A DNA stretch of 64,000 nucleotides, from positions 495,884 through 559,883 of the forward strand of contig MU008180.1 of assembly GCA_010909165.1 (NCBI GenBank), given 5' to 3'. Below the pieces are notes generated by a model that worked only from the letters and a program-made list of their open reading frames with translations, made no database searches and had not been told where the DNA came from. Below, in pieces: positions 24,206 through 37,995 of this stretch (position 1 is its first letter; the number at the start of each line of letters is the position of its first letter). A program made the position numbers and the translations under genes. This DNA comes from Anthoceros angustus. Taxonomy: Eukaryota; Plantae; Anthocerotophyta.

Positions 24206-25720
24206 GGTCACTTGACCGGATTACCTCCAACACAATAACTCCTAGACTCTTGTAATAAATCTTACCGTTGCAAATGTTTTTTTAGTATTAGCTTAACTTT
24301 AAACTCCAGATTAGACGATGTTGGAATCACCCATGGTACATTTTATTTCAGAATCTATCTTAATTACTTCCGAGTTTCAAACAGGCTGAAAGCTCAAATG
24401 TGTGCGCTTGGAAGGAGGACGAGAGTTCATGTCTTGTATGCTGAAATTCTTACCTCTCATTACTAAACTCTGACCCATGCTTTTTAACATTAGCTTAATT
24501 CTTATCCTCAAACTAAACCCTAAATGCACAAGAAGCTAATCCGCCTATCAACGTATGAGGGGTGCTTAGGTGCGACGGGGTCAACATGTAGCCTACCATG
24601 GAGAAGCTTCTCGCTACCAGCTGCAAAAAAAAAAACTCCTTTGCACAATTCCAGCCTGTAACAACAAATGAGTAGATCGCAGCAAAGGCAAGGAAGAAGC
24701 TTGTAACAGCATATGAGTGGATCACAACAAAGGCAAGGAAAAAGGAGGAAAAGGCTGCTTTGTTAGAGGAAAAACAAAAGAAGAAGCAAGCCCATATCCA
24801 GGAAAGATTAAGAAAAGAAGTAGTTGCAAGTGAATGGAGAAAACCTATGGCCAATTCCAAGCAAGGCCGAAAAGAAACTACCTAAGAAAAAGTGAAAAGT
24901 TGAAACGAGGAGGAGCCAAATGACCTTCTAGCGAACAAATCCCCAACAAAATTCCAGGGAGCGATCTCCTAGAGAGACCTTATGCAGATCTGCGACCTTA
25001 TGCATACCAAGGGAGTAACAGCGCCTTGCAAGCCGGGCAAATGTGCAGCGCATGAGACTCTTGATGTTGTCCATGGCAAACTTTGGGCCGGACTATTGCG
25101 TGTGTATGGTGGTATGATGGATGCCACATCGGTCATGGAGCTCAATGTGACGGTGGTCAAGACCATCGTGATGGTGAGAGGAACATAGCATTTAATGAAT
25201 CACGGTGGGAAGGCACGGTGCGCGCCGGAGTGTGGAGCGTAAGTTTTCATGTGAGAGCCCACACGCTGAGACTAGCGTCGGTCGGTGACGCTCAAGGTGC
25301 GGCAATTGGAGCCAAAGAGCGTTTCTTTGAAACCTCCCGTTTTATAACTATTGTATATGTTATGTAATATTAAAATTAAAAACTTTAGTACTATATATTA
25401 TATCAAACGTAATGATAATTATTTTTATATTATTTTAAAATTATTTTCTATCTATCAATCATTTATAACCTTAACTTGCCGAGATGTGGTATGCAATACC
25501 GAAGTGCTCACCGGGCTGTGTGTGTGTGACAACTTCTTTGGTACCTATAATGTTTTATGAAGCCAGGTCGGATATGGCAGTTCTCACGTAGAATGGCGGG
25601 CCCCACGCGCACCGGCACGCCAAGAAGAAGAAGAAGAAGAATATTAATAAAGTCCACTAAGGACGCATTTCCGTCATGGGACTTGGAACTTAACAACGTG
25701 TACCATGGTGTGCTTTAAGC

Positions 25721-28700
25721 CATTTGCACCAAGGGCATCCATTCCCTTTAGGCAGCCCATCTAAGTACCGATCCAAGCGCAGGATGCTTATTACCGACGT
25801 TCTTATAAATGTGTGTCCATTTGAGAAGGCCGGGAGGTCATGGATGGATATGTTAATGTATTTTGATGGCGTGCCAGGCAAGGCTTTTCGCAGGTCCTCT
25901 CAAAATGATCCGGAAACGAAAACAAATTTCGCGAAATTACAAAAAACAAACCTCCCGACGATTCAGACACAAATGCTCTTGGTACGGACGAGGTTGTCGA
26001 AGTACAGTATATCGAGAACAGTGTGGTTGTACACAATGGGAACAGGAAGGAACCCCTCGGGGCATATTGATAGTACACTTCACTCACAGCTTCACGTTCA
26101 AGCAGAGCAGGTGAGGTGAGCCAAGACCAAAGGCAAGCCCTGGCCAGCAAGAATGTCTTGCTTATAATTATACAGGTCACCTCATGTGACTCGACCTTCG
26201 TTGTTGAAGGGAGGTTATTGAGGTTCGTCTCCTGTCCCTGCGGTTTTTTATTCGCAGACGTGGGGAAACTGGCCTTGTTGGTTCCTTGGTGGACCTCATT
26301 GGCACAAATGGCCTGGCAAACAAAGGCATAGGCTTGGCAACCGGCACCATTTCCTTGCGCATGGCTTTGACTACTCTCTCTTCCTCCGCCTGCAGCCGAA
26401 GGAAGGGGTGAGCTCTGGAACACACGGCGTGACACCGAACCAAAACAGACGGATAAGGAATGAGTAGTACCCTCTTACAAGCTTCGTACTCTTCCCGAAA
26501 TCGCTTATACTGGTTTTGCTTCTCTGCTACCTGCGATATCGAAAGGGAAGTTAGATAGCAGCTGTTCGCAGCAGGCACAAAATGTACTAATCACTACTAG
26601 AAAGGGCACACTGACCTTCCTGTCAAACTCAGCTCTCTCTTCAGCACGAAGATCAACATGAAACTGGAACTCGTGCACTTCAGTAAGAGGCTTTCTTGAT
26701 CTCTCCGGGAAGAACACGGGTACACTGCGTGAAAACAAAGTCGCTAAGGCAGCTTTGACGGAGTGTGGAACTCTGGATCAAAAACGACACAAAACGATTG
26801 GCCGATCTATGCGAGCAGTGATACTCACTTCGAAAGATTAGGTAGGGCGCGGAAGACCCTTGCTGCCTCCTCCCTTTCAAGCCTAGCAAGCTCTTCCGCC
26901 CTTCGTTGCAACTCTTCCTCATGCCTCATCAGGCTTTCGAGCTGGAAAGGCTCTGGCTTTGTACATTCCTTTGGCTCAGGCTTGGGCGGAACCTGAATAC
27001 CACAAAAATCTTGATTTAGCAAACAGAATCAATCACGCCAGAATACTCGCGGACCTGAAACTCTTCGGGCAGTAAGACGGACCATACCACAGGAATATCA
27101 GTCGTGAAGGGGTTGGCCTTGGGAATCCGGGCCTCCTGCTCTTGCCGTTCCCGTTCAGACAGCTCTGTCATAAACTTCACTGCCTTCATAAATCCACGCT
27201 CCTGGCAAGCAAATGAATTTGTTAGCGGACAGACCAATGACCTATGCCTCCTGCAAACCCGAGAGCCTATGATTACCTCTGTTTCAAGGTGGAAAGGCTC
27301 CGGAATAGTAGGATGCAGCACTGTTTCCTTGATGGGGTTCGATTTCAACGACAGCTGCCAATATAGCATTGCAAATTCAAAAGACATGCAAGAAAATTAT
27401 ACGCAGGATAAACAGCACGAAACATTCGCACCTCACTAAATTCCTCAATGAGAAGGTGAGGTTTGTGTTGCAGTCGCTCATCAGTGGCGAAGTGGAATTC
27501 TGAAAGTGAGCTACAGTGGTGGAGTTCTAGACACAAGTTCGATAAAAACTTCCTAGTACCTGAGGTGTGGTCACATCGCGCTTCCGGTTTCGGAAGATTC
27601 CTAGGTCGCCTTTGCTTCGAAAAATCTGGGAGGAGGCGGAAAGAAATATCAGGCAGAGGAAGAGGCAATCAACCCAATCATAGTGGCAATAGCATTTGCA
27701 CCAAGGGCATCCATTCCCTTTAGGCAGCCCATCTAAGTACCGATCCAAGCGCAGGATGCTTATTACCGACGTTCTTATAAATGTGTCCATTTGAGAAGGC
27801 CGGGAGGTCATGGATGGATATGTTAATGTATTTTGATGGCGTGCCAGGCAAGGCTTTTCGCAGGTCCTCTCAAAATGATCCGGAAACGAAAACAAATTTC
27901 GCGAAATTACAAAAACAAACCTCCCGACGATTCAGACACAAATGCTCTTGGTACGGACGAGGTTGTCGAAGTACAGTATATCGAGAACAGTGTGGTTGTA
28001 CACAATGGGAACAGGAAGGAACCCCTCAGGGCATATTGATAGTACACTTCACTCACAGCTTCACGTTCAAGCAGAGCAGGTGAGGTGAGCCAAGACCAAA
28101 GGCAAGCCCTGGCCAGCAAGAATGTCTTGCTTATAATTATACAGGTCACCTCATGTGACTCGACCTTCGTTGTTGAAGGAGGTTATTGAGGTTCGTCTCC
28201 TGTCCCTGCGGTTTTTATTCGCAGACGTGGGAAACTGGCCTTGTTGGTTCCTTGGTGGACCTCATTGGCACAAATGGCCTGGCAAACAAAGGCATAGGCT
28301 TGGCAACCGGCACCATTTCCTTGCGCATGGCTTTGACTACTCTCTCTTCCTCCGCCTGCAGCCGAAGGAAGGGGTGAGCTCTGGAACACACGGCGTGACA
28401 CCGAACCAAAACAGACGGATAAGGAATGAGTAGTACCCTCTTACAAGCTTCGTACTCTTCCGAAATCGCTTATACTGGTTTTGCTTCTCTGCTACCTGCG
28501 ATATCGAAAGGGAAGTTAGATAGCAGCTGTTCGCAGCAGGCACAAAATGTACTAATCACTACTAGAAAGGGCACACTGACCTTCCTGTCAAACTCAGCTC
28601 TCTCTTCAGCACGAAGATCAACATGAAACTGGAACTCGTGCACTTCAGTAAGAGGCTTTCTTGATCTCTCCGAAGAACACGGGTACACTGCGTGAAAACA

Positions 28701-29702
28701 AAGTCGCTAAGGCAGCTTTGACGGAGTGTGGAACTCTGGATCAAAAACGACACAAAACGATTGGCCGATCTATGCGAGCAGTGATACTCACTTCGAAAGA
28801 TTAGGTAGGGCGCGGAAGACCCTTGCTGCCTCCTCCTTTCAAGCCTAGCAAGCTCTTCCGCCCTTCGTTGCAACTCTTCCTCATGCCTCATCAGGCTTTC
28901 GAGCTGGAAAGGCTCTGGCTTTGTACATTCCTTTGGCTCAGGCTTGGGCGGAACCTGAATACCACAAAAATCTTGATTTAGCAAACAGAATCAATCACGC
29001 CAGAATACTCGCGGACCTGAAACTCTTCGGGCAGTAAGACGGACCATACCACAGGAATATCAGTCGTGAAGGGAAGGGGGTTGGCCTTGGGAATCCGGGC
29101 CTCCTGCTCTTGCCGTTCCCGTTCAGACAGCTCTGTCATAAACTTCACTGCCTTCATAAATCCACGCTCCTGGCAAGCAAATGAATTTGTTAGCGGACAG
29201 ACCAATGACCTATGCCTCCTGCAAGAAACCCGGAGAGCCTATGATTACCTCTGTTTCAAGGTGGAAAGGCTCCGGAATAGTAGGATGCAGCACTGTTTCC
29301 TTGATGGGGTTCGATTTCAACGACAGCTGCCAATATAGCATTGCAAATTCAAAAGACATGCAAGAAAATTATACGCAGGATAAACAGCACGAAACATTCG
29401 CACCTCACTAAATTCCTCAATGAGAAGGTGAGGTTTGTGTTGCAGTCGCTCATCAGTGGCGAAGTGGAATTCCTGACCGCAACCAAAGAAACGAAAGTGA
29501 GCTACAGTGGCGGTAGTGCATAGAGTTCTAGACACAAGTTCGATAAAAACTTCCTAGTACCTGAGGTGTGGTCACATCGCGCTTCCGGTTTCGGAAGATT
29601 CCTAGGTCGCCTTTGCTTCGAAAAATCTGGGAGGAGGCGGAAAGAAATATCAGGCAGAGGAAGAGGCAATCAACCCAATCATAGTGGCAATAGCATTTGC
29701 AC
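25721..29702. repeat. Tandem duplication D1 (copy 1 25721-27692, copy 2 27693-~29702; period about 2.0 kb) covering the TPX2 3' half
   Basis: CATTTGCACCAAGGGCATCC... restarts at 27693; the junction has 9-bp microhomology CATTTGCAC; copy 1 lacks several multi-base stretches present in copy 2 (e.g. around 29473-29492). Confidence 0.95.
26177..27692 (-). pseudogene. TPX2: Partial (3') duplicate of TPX2
   Basis: C-terminal TPX2 exons (PEPFHLET, PKPEPKECTKPEPFQLESLMRHEEE, KPLTEVHEFQFHVDLRAEERAEFDRKV, RPFVPMRSTKEPTRPVSPRL) with no 5' exons; may be an assembly artefact. Confidence 0.75.
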
Positions 29703-32116
29703 ACCAGACTACCCTTCACCGAACGCTTTGCGAGGGACTGCGCTACCTTAGCATTGAGTGGTCGAGCCTTGAACTTTGGGTATTTGGCAAGCTCCTCCTG
29801 TTCCATCTCCTCTGTGCTCTTCACACTGGAGCACCATCATTGTCAGTCTCTTCATTCAGCGATCATCAAACAAAAGAAGTGTGGGAATTCGGTTCGTCTT
29901 AGTACGTTGGTGGACGTGCTCGCTCAGCAGTTGCTAGGTGAGGCTCATGTGGTTCAGTAGTGGAAGCACACCCAGGTGCCGATTTTCGTCTCTGCTTCAG
30001 CTCAAAGATCTGGCATGACATCAGGACGCAGCCGCATAAGATCGGAGAGCTAAACAACCATTCGAACACGCTAATGGCAGTCAAAGTACCTTTTTATTCA
30101 GAGGACGGGCTTTGAATTTCGGCATCTTTGCTAACATTTCCTCCTCTAACTCGGCAGCACTTTTCACCCTGCAGAGACACCATCTTAGACCTGATAGTTT
30201 CGATAGCTGTAGCTTCCTGCAGATCACAACGCGTGGATCCAAGACAATTACTTGGGGGGGCGAGCTCTACTGCTTGTTTCCAAATGAGGCTCCACTGGTC
30301 TGGTAAGCTTCAGAGTAGTTTTCTCAGGAACTGGCACTGATTCCTGCACACAGATCCACCCCCGCAGTCAGTACCACATAACTGTTATTGAAAAGAAATT
30401 TCCCACAACACGAAAATAGTCCCACCTGTATCGCACAGTGGGAAACAGGAGCAACCCGAAATCGATCCGGTGTTTTCATCTGGAATTTTCGGACTCTCTC
30501 CGCCATCGATATGAATGGTGATGCCACCATCCTAGCAACCTGCAGTGAAGTGAGGAATTTTGGGGATATTTCTGGATTGTTCTACTGTCGGTGACAAGAA
30601 ACAATAAGCGGGAAAATTACACCGAGCATTCGCTCACCTTGGCAGCAGAGCTGGGTTCTGTTACTGTCTGCTTGCGCAAACGCTTGCCAGAGCAGGCTGG
30701 CAACTCGAGAGGGACAGAGACAGCATTCTGTGACTTCGACCGCTGTAGAAATGTTGCTCCATGCGAAGCCTGTTTCCAGGTCACAAAAGTCACGGAAAGG
30801 ACCATTGTTAGGGAAAATGAGGATACGAGGCCAGCGCATTAACCAGAAAACCAAATAGTACAGCACAAACACAGATAAGCGGCAATGTTGTAAAGCAACT
30901 TTCAGGCTGACCTTCAGTTGAGCTCGCTGAGAGTCAACGGGGCAAGGGGCAACAGAGTCCGACGATGCAGAATGCATGTAAGCTCGCTGCAGGTTTGCAC
31001 TAGAAGATGGCTCCTATTGACACAAACGCAATATCAGGAGAATCTCTAGATCGGGAGGTCACGCCAAAAGCCATGGTCTCCGGCAACGCCTTGCAAAGAT
31101 TACAAACAAGAAAAGAAATGGTTAAATCTGACCTTCGGTCCACTGGACGGCTGTGTGAGAGGAGCTGTTCTCAAGTGCATATCAAAAAGCTCTTGCAGCT
31201 TTGAAGTGTCGTAGGAAACCTGAACACTCAAAGTCGCAGACAATACAGAAGCCTTTCAGAATGCTGGGCTCAAGGCAAAGAAAACCGATCCTGCACCATT
31301 GACTGTAGAGTTATGCGTGACCTTGGAGTGATCTAACTGCATGGCAGAGGCATAAGTTGAGGGTTGTAAGTGAGAGATCCGTCGTACATTCAGTTCCTGG
31401 GAAGCGGTTTGCTCCTGAGCAGACAGCATCTGCCTGACCATCAGAAATTCATCCTCATTCACTAAGAAGATGCAGAACACACTCTGCGTCCGAACTGACC
31501 TTGTGCTCGTCAATTTCCATTGGCGACGACGAAGGTGGCGCATGCATGTCAAGGAGCCTTTGCAATCCTAATGACGGACCGGGAGCCTCTTCCTAAGCAG
31601 TGACAAGACCCCAGCATGAGACTTTCCACAACGAATTCCTACAGCACCAAGATTCCTCCAGTGCGAGGAAAAGCAAGCCCTCAAATCTAACCTTTGCAGA
31701 CCCAGTGTGCATGAACATCGTCTCAGCAATCCACTTTGCTCTGGCCACGTGCGCTGCGCAAAACAAATCCACGCACTGTCAACCCCTAATCCGCCAGCAC
31801 CGACACGGCACCAACACCGCCCTCCTACACAAAAACCAGGCCACCAAAGAAACCGCACGTGATGGATCATAGGTCTCCGCCGTATCAAACCAGTGCTCCG
31901 CAGCTGCAATATCGTCGTCACTCTCCTCCTTGCTGAAATCAAAGTACTTTGGAGCCGAGAATTCATACTTCTGGTCCACCTGCGCCCTCCGCGCTCTGGC
32001 CAGCACGACCTGCGGTTCCTCCTGCTCTTCTCCCCTGCCCCGGCGCCCTCGCCGCCTGCATTTTGCTCGTGCGGGCCGGAGGCCGCGACGGCCTCAGCGT
32101 CCAGGTCGGAGCTCAT
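28146..32116 (-). CDS. TPX2: TPX2 microtubule/Aurora-binding protein (multi-exon; several apparent indel frameshifts)
   Basis: N-terminal Aurora-binding motif VDQKYEFSAPKYFDFSKEESDDDIAAAEHWFD, central STEEMEQEELAKYPKFKARPLNAK and C-terminal TPX2 motifs; frameshift near 32040 in a G run. Confidence 0.88.
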
Positions 32117-35074
32117 GGCAGCAGCTAGCGGGACCCGACGAATCTTTCCACCGCTAAGGCGCTCTCATCTAAGCCCAAGGACGTCCCGCTCCTGCGCTTC
32201 CAAGACAGCCCGATCAGCAGATGTCCCCGCGAATCCCGCCAGTGGCCCAAGACGCTGCTGCGGTCCGCAGAGGAAGTGCATGGAACTCCAGCCAGTTCCT
32301 CGGCCCAGGCCTCAGGCCTCAGGGCAGGCCATCGCTCTCCAGCTCACTCCAGCACGCATCACGGAAAACCGACGAGACGGAATGGTGAAGCCGAACCTCA
32401 ACCGGGCGTCGCAAGGTGGTGATCGAACCCGGGCAGAGGATGCATTGCCCGGAGGCCGCAGCGGGCAGTGAAGAATCAGTACCGATACGCGGGAACGGAG
32501 TCAGGGAACAAGGTTTGAAATGCCACCACCAACGTTCCTATTCTGCCCCTGACCTACTCAGCTTATCCTCGGCCCCACCACCCCTTTTCACTACTGCCTA
32601 CTTGTCACTCACATTTCTCTTCTCCTTCAACCCCGTAACCAAATGTTTATCGTGCCATTCAATAACCTGGCTACTAGGGCGAAATGGTATCCTTTCCCAA
32701 CCGTCCATATTGCGAGTACCTACGTAGCCTTGGAGTAGAAGGGCCGTTGGATGATATTTTATGGAGCTTATGGGTTTATATCTGTATAAGGTAATTTATT
32801 TATATTATTATATTTTAAGCCGAAGTTTCAGATAATCCGAATTTCGCATCAACGCTGTGAGCTTAGCAAACATGACATTAGATAGTTTGTTAAGGCGGTA
32901 CGCAAGACAGAGCTTTATCCTCTTATAGCTTTGGATTTAGTTCTAGATGAAGAATCTAGATCCCGGATGGCTATTACTTATCTTTCTCGAGCTCGCTGAG
33001 AGTCAACAGGGCAAGGGCAACAGAGTCCGACGATGCAGAATGCATGTAAGCTCGCTGCAGGTTTGCACTAGAAGATGGCTCCTATTGACACAAACGCAAT
33101 ATCAGGAGAATCTCTAGATCGGGAGGTCACGCCAAAAGCCATGGTCTCCGGCAACGCCTTGCAAAGATTACAAACAAGAAAAGAAATGGTTAAATCTGAC
33201 CTTCGGTCCACTGGACGGCTGTGTGAGAGGAGCTGTTCTCAAGTGCATATCAAAAGCTCTTGCAGCTTTGAAGTGTCGTAGGAAACCTGAACACTCAAAG
33301 TCGCAGACAATACAGAAGCCTTTCAGAATGCTGGGCTCAAGGCAAAGAAACCGATCCTGCACCATTGACTGTAGAGTTATGCGTGACCTTGGAGTGATCT
33401 AACTGCATGGCAGAGGCATAAGTTGAGGGTTGTAAGTGAGAGATCCGTCGTACATTCAGTTCCTGGGAAGCGGTTTGCTCCTGAGCAGACAGCATCTGCC
33501 TGACCATCAGAAATTCATCCTCATTCACTAAGAAGATGCAGAACACACTCTGCGTCCGAACTGACCTTGTGCTCGTCAATTTCCATTGGCGACGACGAAG
33601 GTGGCGCATGCATGTCAAGGAGCCTTTGCAATCCTAATGACGGACCGGGAGCCTCTTCCTAAGCAGTGACAAGACCCCAGCATGAGACTTTCCACAACGA
33701 ATTCCTACAGCACCAAGATTCCTCCAGTGCGAGGAAAAGCAAGCCCTCAAATCTAACCTTTGCAGACCCAGTGTGCATGAACATCGTCTCAGCAATCCAC
33801 TTTGCTCTGGCCACGTGCGCTGCGCAAAACAAATCCACGCACTGTCAACCCCTAATCCGCCAGCACCGACACGGCACCAACACCGCCCTCCTACACAAAA
33901 ACCAGGCCACCAAAGAAACCGCACGTGATGGATCATAGGTCTCCGCCGTATCAAACCAGTGCTCCGCAGCTGCAATATCGTCGTCACTCTCCTCCTTGCT
34001 GAAATCAAAGTACTTTGGAGCCGAGAATTCATACTTCTGGTCCACCTGCGCCCTCCGCGCTCTGGCCAGCACGACCTGCGGTTCCTCCTGCTCTTCTCCC
34101 CTGCCCCGGCGCCCTCGCCGCCTGCATTTTGCTCGTGCGGGCCGGAGGCCGCGACGGCCTCAGCGTCCAGGTCGGAGCTCATGGCAGCAGCTAGCGGGAC
34201 CCGACGAATCTTTCCACCGCTAAGGCGCTCTCATCTAAGCCCAAGGACGTCCCTGCTCCTGCGCTTCCAAGACAGCCCGATCAGCAGATGTCCCCGCGAA
34301 TCCCGCCAGTGGCCCAAGACGCTGCTGCGGTCCGCAGAGGAAGTGCATGGAACTCCAGCCAGTTCCTCGGCCCAGGCCTCAGGCCTCAGGGCAGGCCATC
34401 GCTCTCCAGCTCACTCCAGCACGCATCACGGAAAACCGACGAGACGGAATGGTGAAGCCGAACCTCAACCGGGCGTCGCAAGGTGGTGATCGAACCCGGG
34501 CAGAGGAGATGCATTGCCCGGAGGCCGCAGCGGGCAGTGAAGAATCAGTACCGATACGCGGGAACGGAGTCCGGGGAGGGAACAAGGTTTGAAATGCCAC
34601 CACCAACGTTCCTATTCTGCCCCTGACCTACTCAGCTTATCCTCGGCCCCACCACCCCTTTTCAAACTGCCTACTTGTCACTCACATTTCTCTTCTCCTT
34701 CAACCCCGTAACCAAATGTTTATCGTGCCATTCAATACCTGGCTACTAGGGCAAAGAAATGGTATCCTTTCCCAACCGTCCATATTGCGAGAGTACCTAC
34801 GTAGCCTTGGAGTAGAAGGGCCGTTGGATGATATTTTATGGAGCTTATGGAGTTTATATCTGTATAAGGTAATTATTTATTTATATTATTATATTTTAAG
34901 CCGAAGTTTCAGATAATCCGAATTTCGCATCAACGCTGAGGCGAGCTTGTCGCAAACATGACATTAGATAGTTTGTTAAGGCAGCGCGCAAGACAGGCTT
35001 TTATCCTCTTATAGCTTTGGATTTAGTTCTAGATGAAGAATCTAGATCCGGATGGCTGGTTACTTATCTTTCTC
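30920..35074. repeat. Tandem duplication D2 (copy 1 30920-32988, copy 2 32989-35074; period about 2.07 kb) covering TPX2 5' exons and promoter
   Basis: GAGCTCGCTGAGAGTCAAC restarts at 32989 directly after TATCTTTCTC; the copies differ mainly by 1-3 nt indels. Confidence 0.95.
32989..34182 (-). pseudogene. TPX2: Partial (5') duplicate of TPX2
   Basis: Second copy of the start and Aurora-binding exon (EFSAPKYFDF), truncated at the D2 junction; carries the same frameshift as the main copy. Confidence 0.75.
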
Positions 35075-37995
35075 ACCCTTTGGCTTAAGTGAAATTATGA
35101 CCTTGACTTTCTTGGTAGGAAAATACTATAAGACTTATATTGATTACCTATAGATTTAAAATACATATAATTTATTATACTATGTTTATGTACTTTTTCT
35201 CAAAAATATTTGCCTTGTTCTCACATTACATTATATTAATATGTTTCAGATGTGCAACTCCACGTAAGTGACATCACACTTCCAAAAAGTCCGATAATAA
35301 ACAAAAAACTATGATTTCCAAAGACGTATGTATGAGATCATAAAGAGCAGAATATAATAACCCATAAACTTAAATTCCAAGCTATGTAGTTGTAAAAAGC
35401 AAACCATGTGCACATATGCAATTATACATTGGTAGTTGTTAGTGCCTTTAGACATAGAGGACCTGGTGTGAACCCTGGAGACCTAGCTTGATTACATAGT
35501 GGTGGCATTTCAGACACCACCTATCGGGTTCAATAAAATCCACAAGATTCTTGAAAGATGGGAGATCATGATACCAAGTGGTTCATGAAAAGTTTTTAGT
35601 TATAACACATGTACAATCAATAAAGTTTTATCAAAATATGGATTAAAAATATAGAAATAAGATAAGATACAAAATACCATATATAAAAGTCTTGTTTGAA
35701 TATATTCAAACAAGAAGGTAATCTAAGGCACCCATTAGCGATGATATCCAACAACAAGGCTAAGAAATAAATTGCCTAATACAATAGCAAAATAAAGTAT
35801 AGAAACCTTTTTAGATTATTCCATCTACTATCCTATCTAAATGGCGGTAGGTCTTTGGACAAAAACTTGGTACTATTTGATAAGTGTATACACCAACATC
35901 CATTGGTTCCAATGTATGCGACATAGCTTTTAGGACAACTTTCTAGAAGCCTACCCTTGATATACCTAAGACACTCCTCACATTCTATTTTGACATTATA
36001 GCACCATCCACAGGTTGTGAAGACCAATGGTTGTGTGTATATCTTCATTGAGCATGTTAAAATCCACTCCTTGACAATATGAAACACCTTGAATTTTCTA
36101 CCGGATAAGGCGCTCTCATCTAAGCCCAAGGACGTCCCTGCTCCTGCGCTTCCAAGACAGCCCGATCAGCAGATGTCCCCGCGAATCCCGCCAGTGGCCC
36201 AAGACGCTGCTGCGGTCCGCAGAGGAAGTGCATGGAACTCCAGCCAGTTCCTCGGCCCAGGCCTCAGGCCTCAGGGCAGGCCATCGCTCTCCAGCTCACT
36301 CCAGCACGCATCACGGAAAACCGACGAGACGGAATGGTGAAGCCGAACCTCAACCGGGCGTCGCAAGGTGGTGATCGAACCCGGGCAGAGGAGATGCATT
36401 GCCCGGAGGCCGCAGCGGGCAGTGAAGAATCAGTACCGATACGCGGGAACGGAGTCCGGGAGGGAACAAGGTTTGAAATGCCACCACCAACGTTCCTATT
36501 CTGCCCCTGACCTACTCAGCTTATCCTCGGCCCCACCACACCCTTTTCAAACTGCCTACTTGTCACTCACATTTCTCTTCTCCTTCAACCCCGTAACCAA
36601 ATGTTTATCGTGCCATTCAATACCTGGCTACTAGGGCAAAGAAATGGTATCCTTTCCCAACCGTCCATATTGCGAGTACCTACGTAGCCTTGGAGTAGAA
36701 GGGCCGTTGGATGATATTTTATGGAGCTTATGGAGTTTATATCTGTATAAGGTAATTATTTATTTATATTATTATATTTTAAGCCGAAGTTTCAGATAAT
36801 CCGAATTTCGATCAACGCTGAGGCGAGCTTGTCGCATAAACATGACATTAGATAGTTTGTTAAGGCAGCGCGCAAGACAGGCTTTTATCCTCTTATAGCT
36901 TTGGATTTAGTTCTAGATGAAGAATCTAGATCCGGATGGCTGGTTACTTATCTTTCTCACCCTTTGGCTTAAGTGAAATTATGACCTTGACTTTCTTGGT
37001 AGGAAAATACTATAAGACTTATATTGATTACCTATAGATTTAAAATACATATAATTTATTATACTATGTTTATGTACTTTTTCTCAAAAATATTTGCCTT
37101 GTTCTCACATTACATTATATTAATATGTTTGGATGTGCAACTCCACGTAAGTGACATCACACTTCCAAAAGTCCGATAATAAACAAAAACTATGATTTCC
37201 AAAGACGTATGTATGAGATCATAAAGAGCAGAATATAATAACCCATAAACTTAAATTCCAAGCTATGTAGTTGTAAAAAGCAAACCATGTGCACATATGC
37301 AATTATACATTGGTAGTTGTTAGTGCCTTTAGACATAGAGGACCCGTGTGAACCCCGAGACCTAGCTTGATTACATAGTGGTGGCATTTCAGACACCACC
37401 TATCGGGTTCAATAAAATCCACAAGATTCTTGAAAGATGGGAGATCATGATACCAAGTGGTTCATGAAAAGTTTTTAGTTATAACACATGTACAATCAAT
37501 AAAGTTTTATCAAAATATGGATTAAAAATATAGAAATAAGATAAGATACAAAATACCATATAAAAGTCTTGTTTGAATATATTCAAACAAGAAGGTGGTC
37601 TAAGGCACCCATTAGCGATGATATCCAACAACAAGGGGCTAAGGAAATAAATTGCCTAATACAATAGCAAAATAAAGTATAGAAACCTTTTTTAGATTAT
37701 TCCATCTACTATCCTATCTAAATGGCAGTGTAGGTGCTGGACAAAAACTTGGTACTATTTGATAATTGTAGCCACACCAACATCCATTGGTTCCAATGTA
37801 TGCGACATAGCTTTTAGGACAACTTTCTAGAAGCCTACCCTTGATATACCTAAGACACTCCTCACATTCTATTTTTGACATTATAGCACCATCCACGGGA
37901 TTTGTGAAGACCAATGGTTGTGGTATATCTTCATTGGGCATGTTAAAATCCACTCCTTGACAATATGAAACACCTTCGAATTTTCTACCCGGATA
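34221..37995. repeat. Tandem duplication D3 (copy 1 34221-36105, copy 2 36106-~37995; period about 1.89 kb)
   Basis: TAAGGCGCTCTCATCTAAGCCC restarts at 36106 in the middle of the Gnk2-like ORF (2-bp TA microhomology), leaving a 3' fragment of that gene at about 35833-36105. Confidence 0.93.

Noticed and set aside
23366-25715. Possible Harbinger TIR pair (TAAGAGCGGCCATG... and ...CATGGTGTGCTTTAA)
   Set aside because: Complementarity is too weak to call element ends.
25724-26119. 131-aa plus-strand ORF (and its D1 duplicate near 27781)
   Set aside because: Lies just downstream of the TPX2 stop on the opposite strand; the frames differ between the two copies; no motif.
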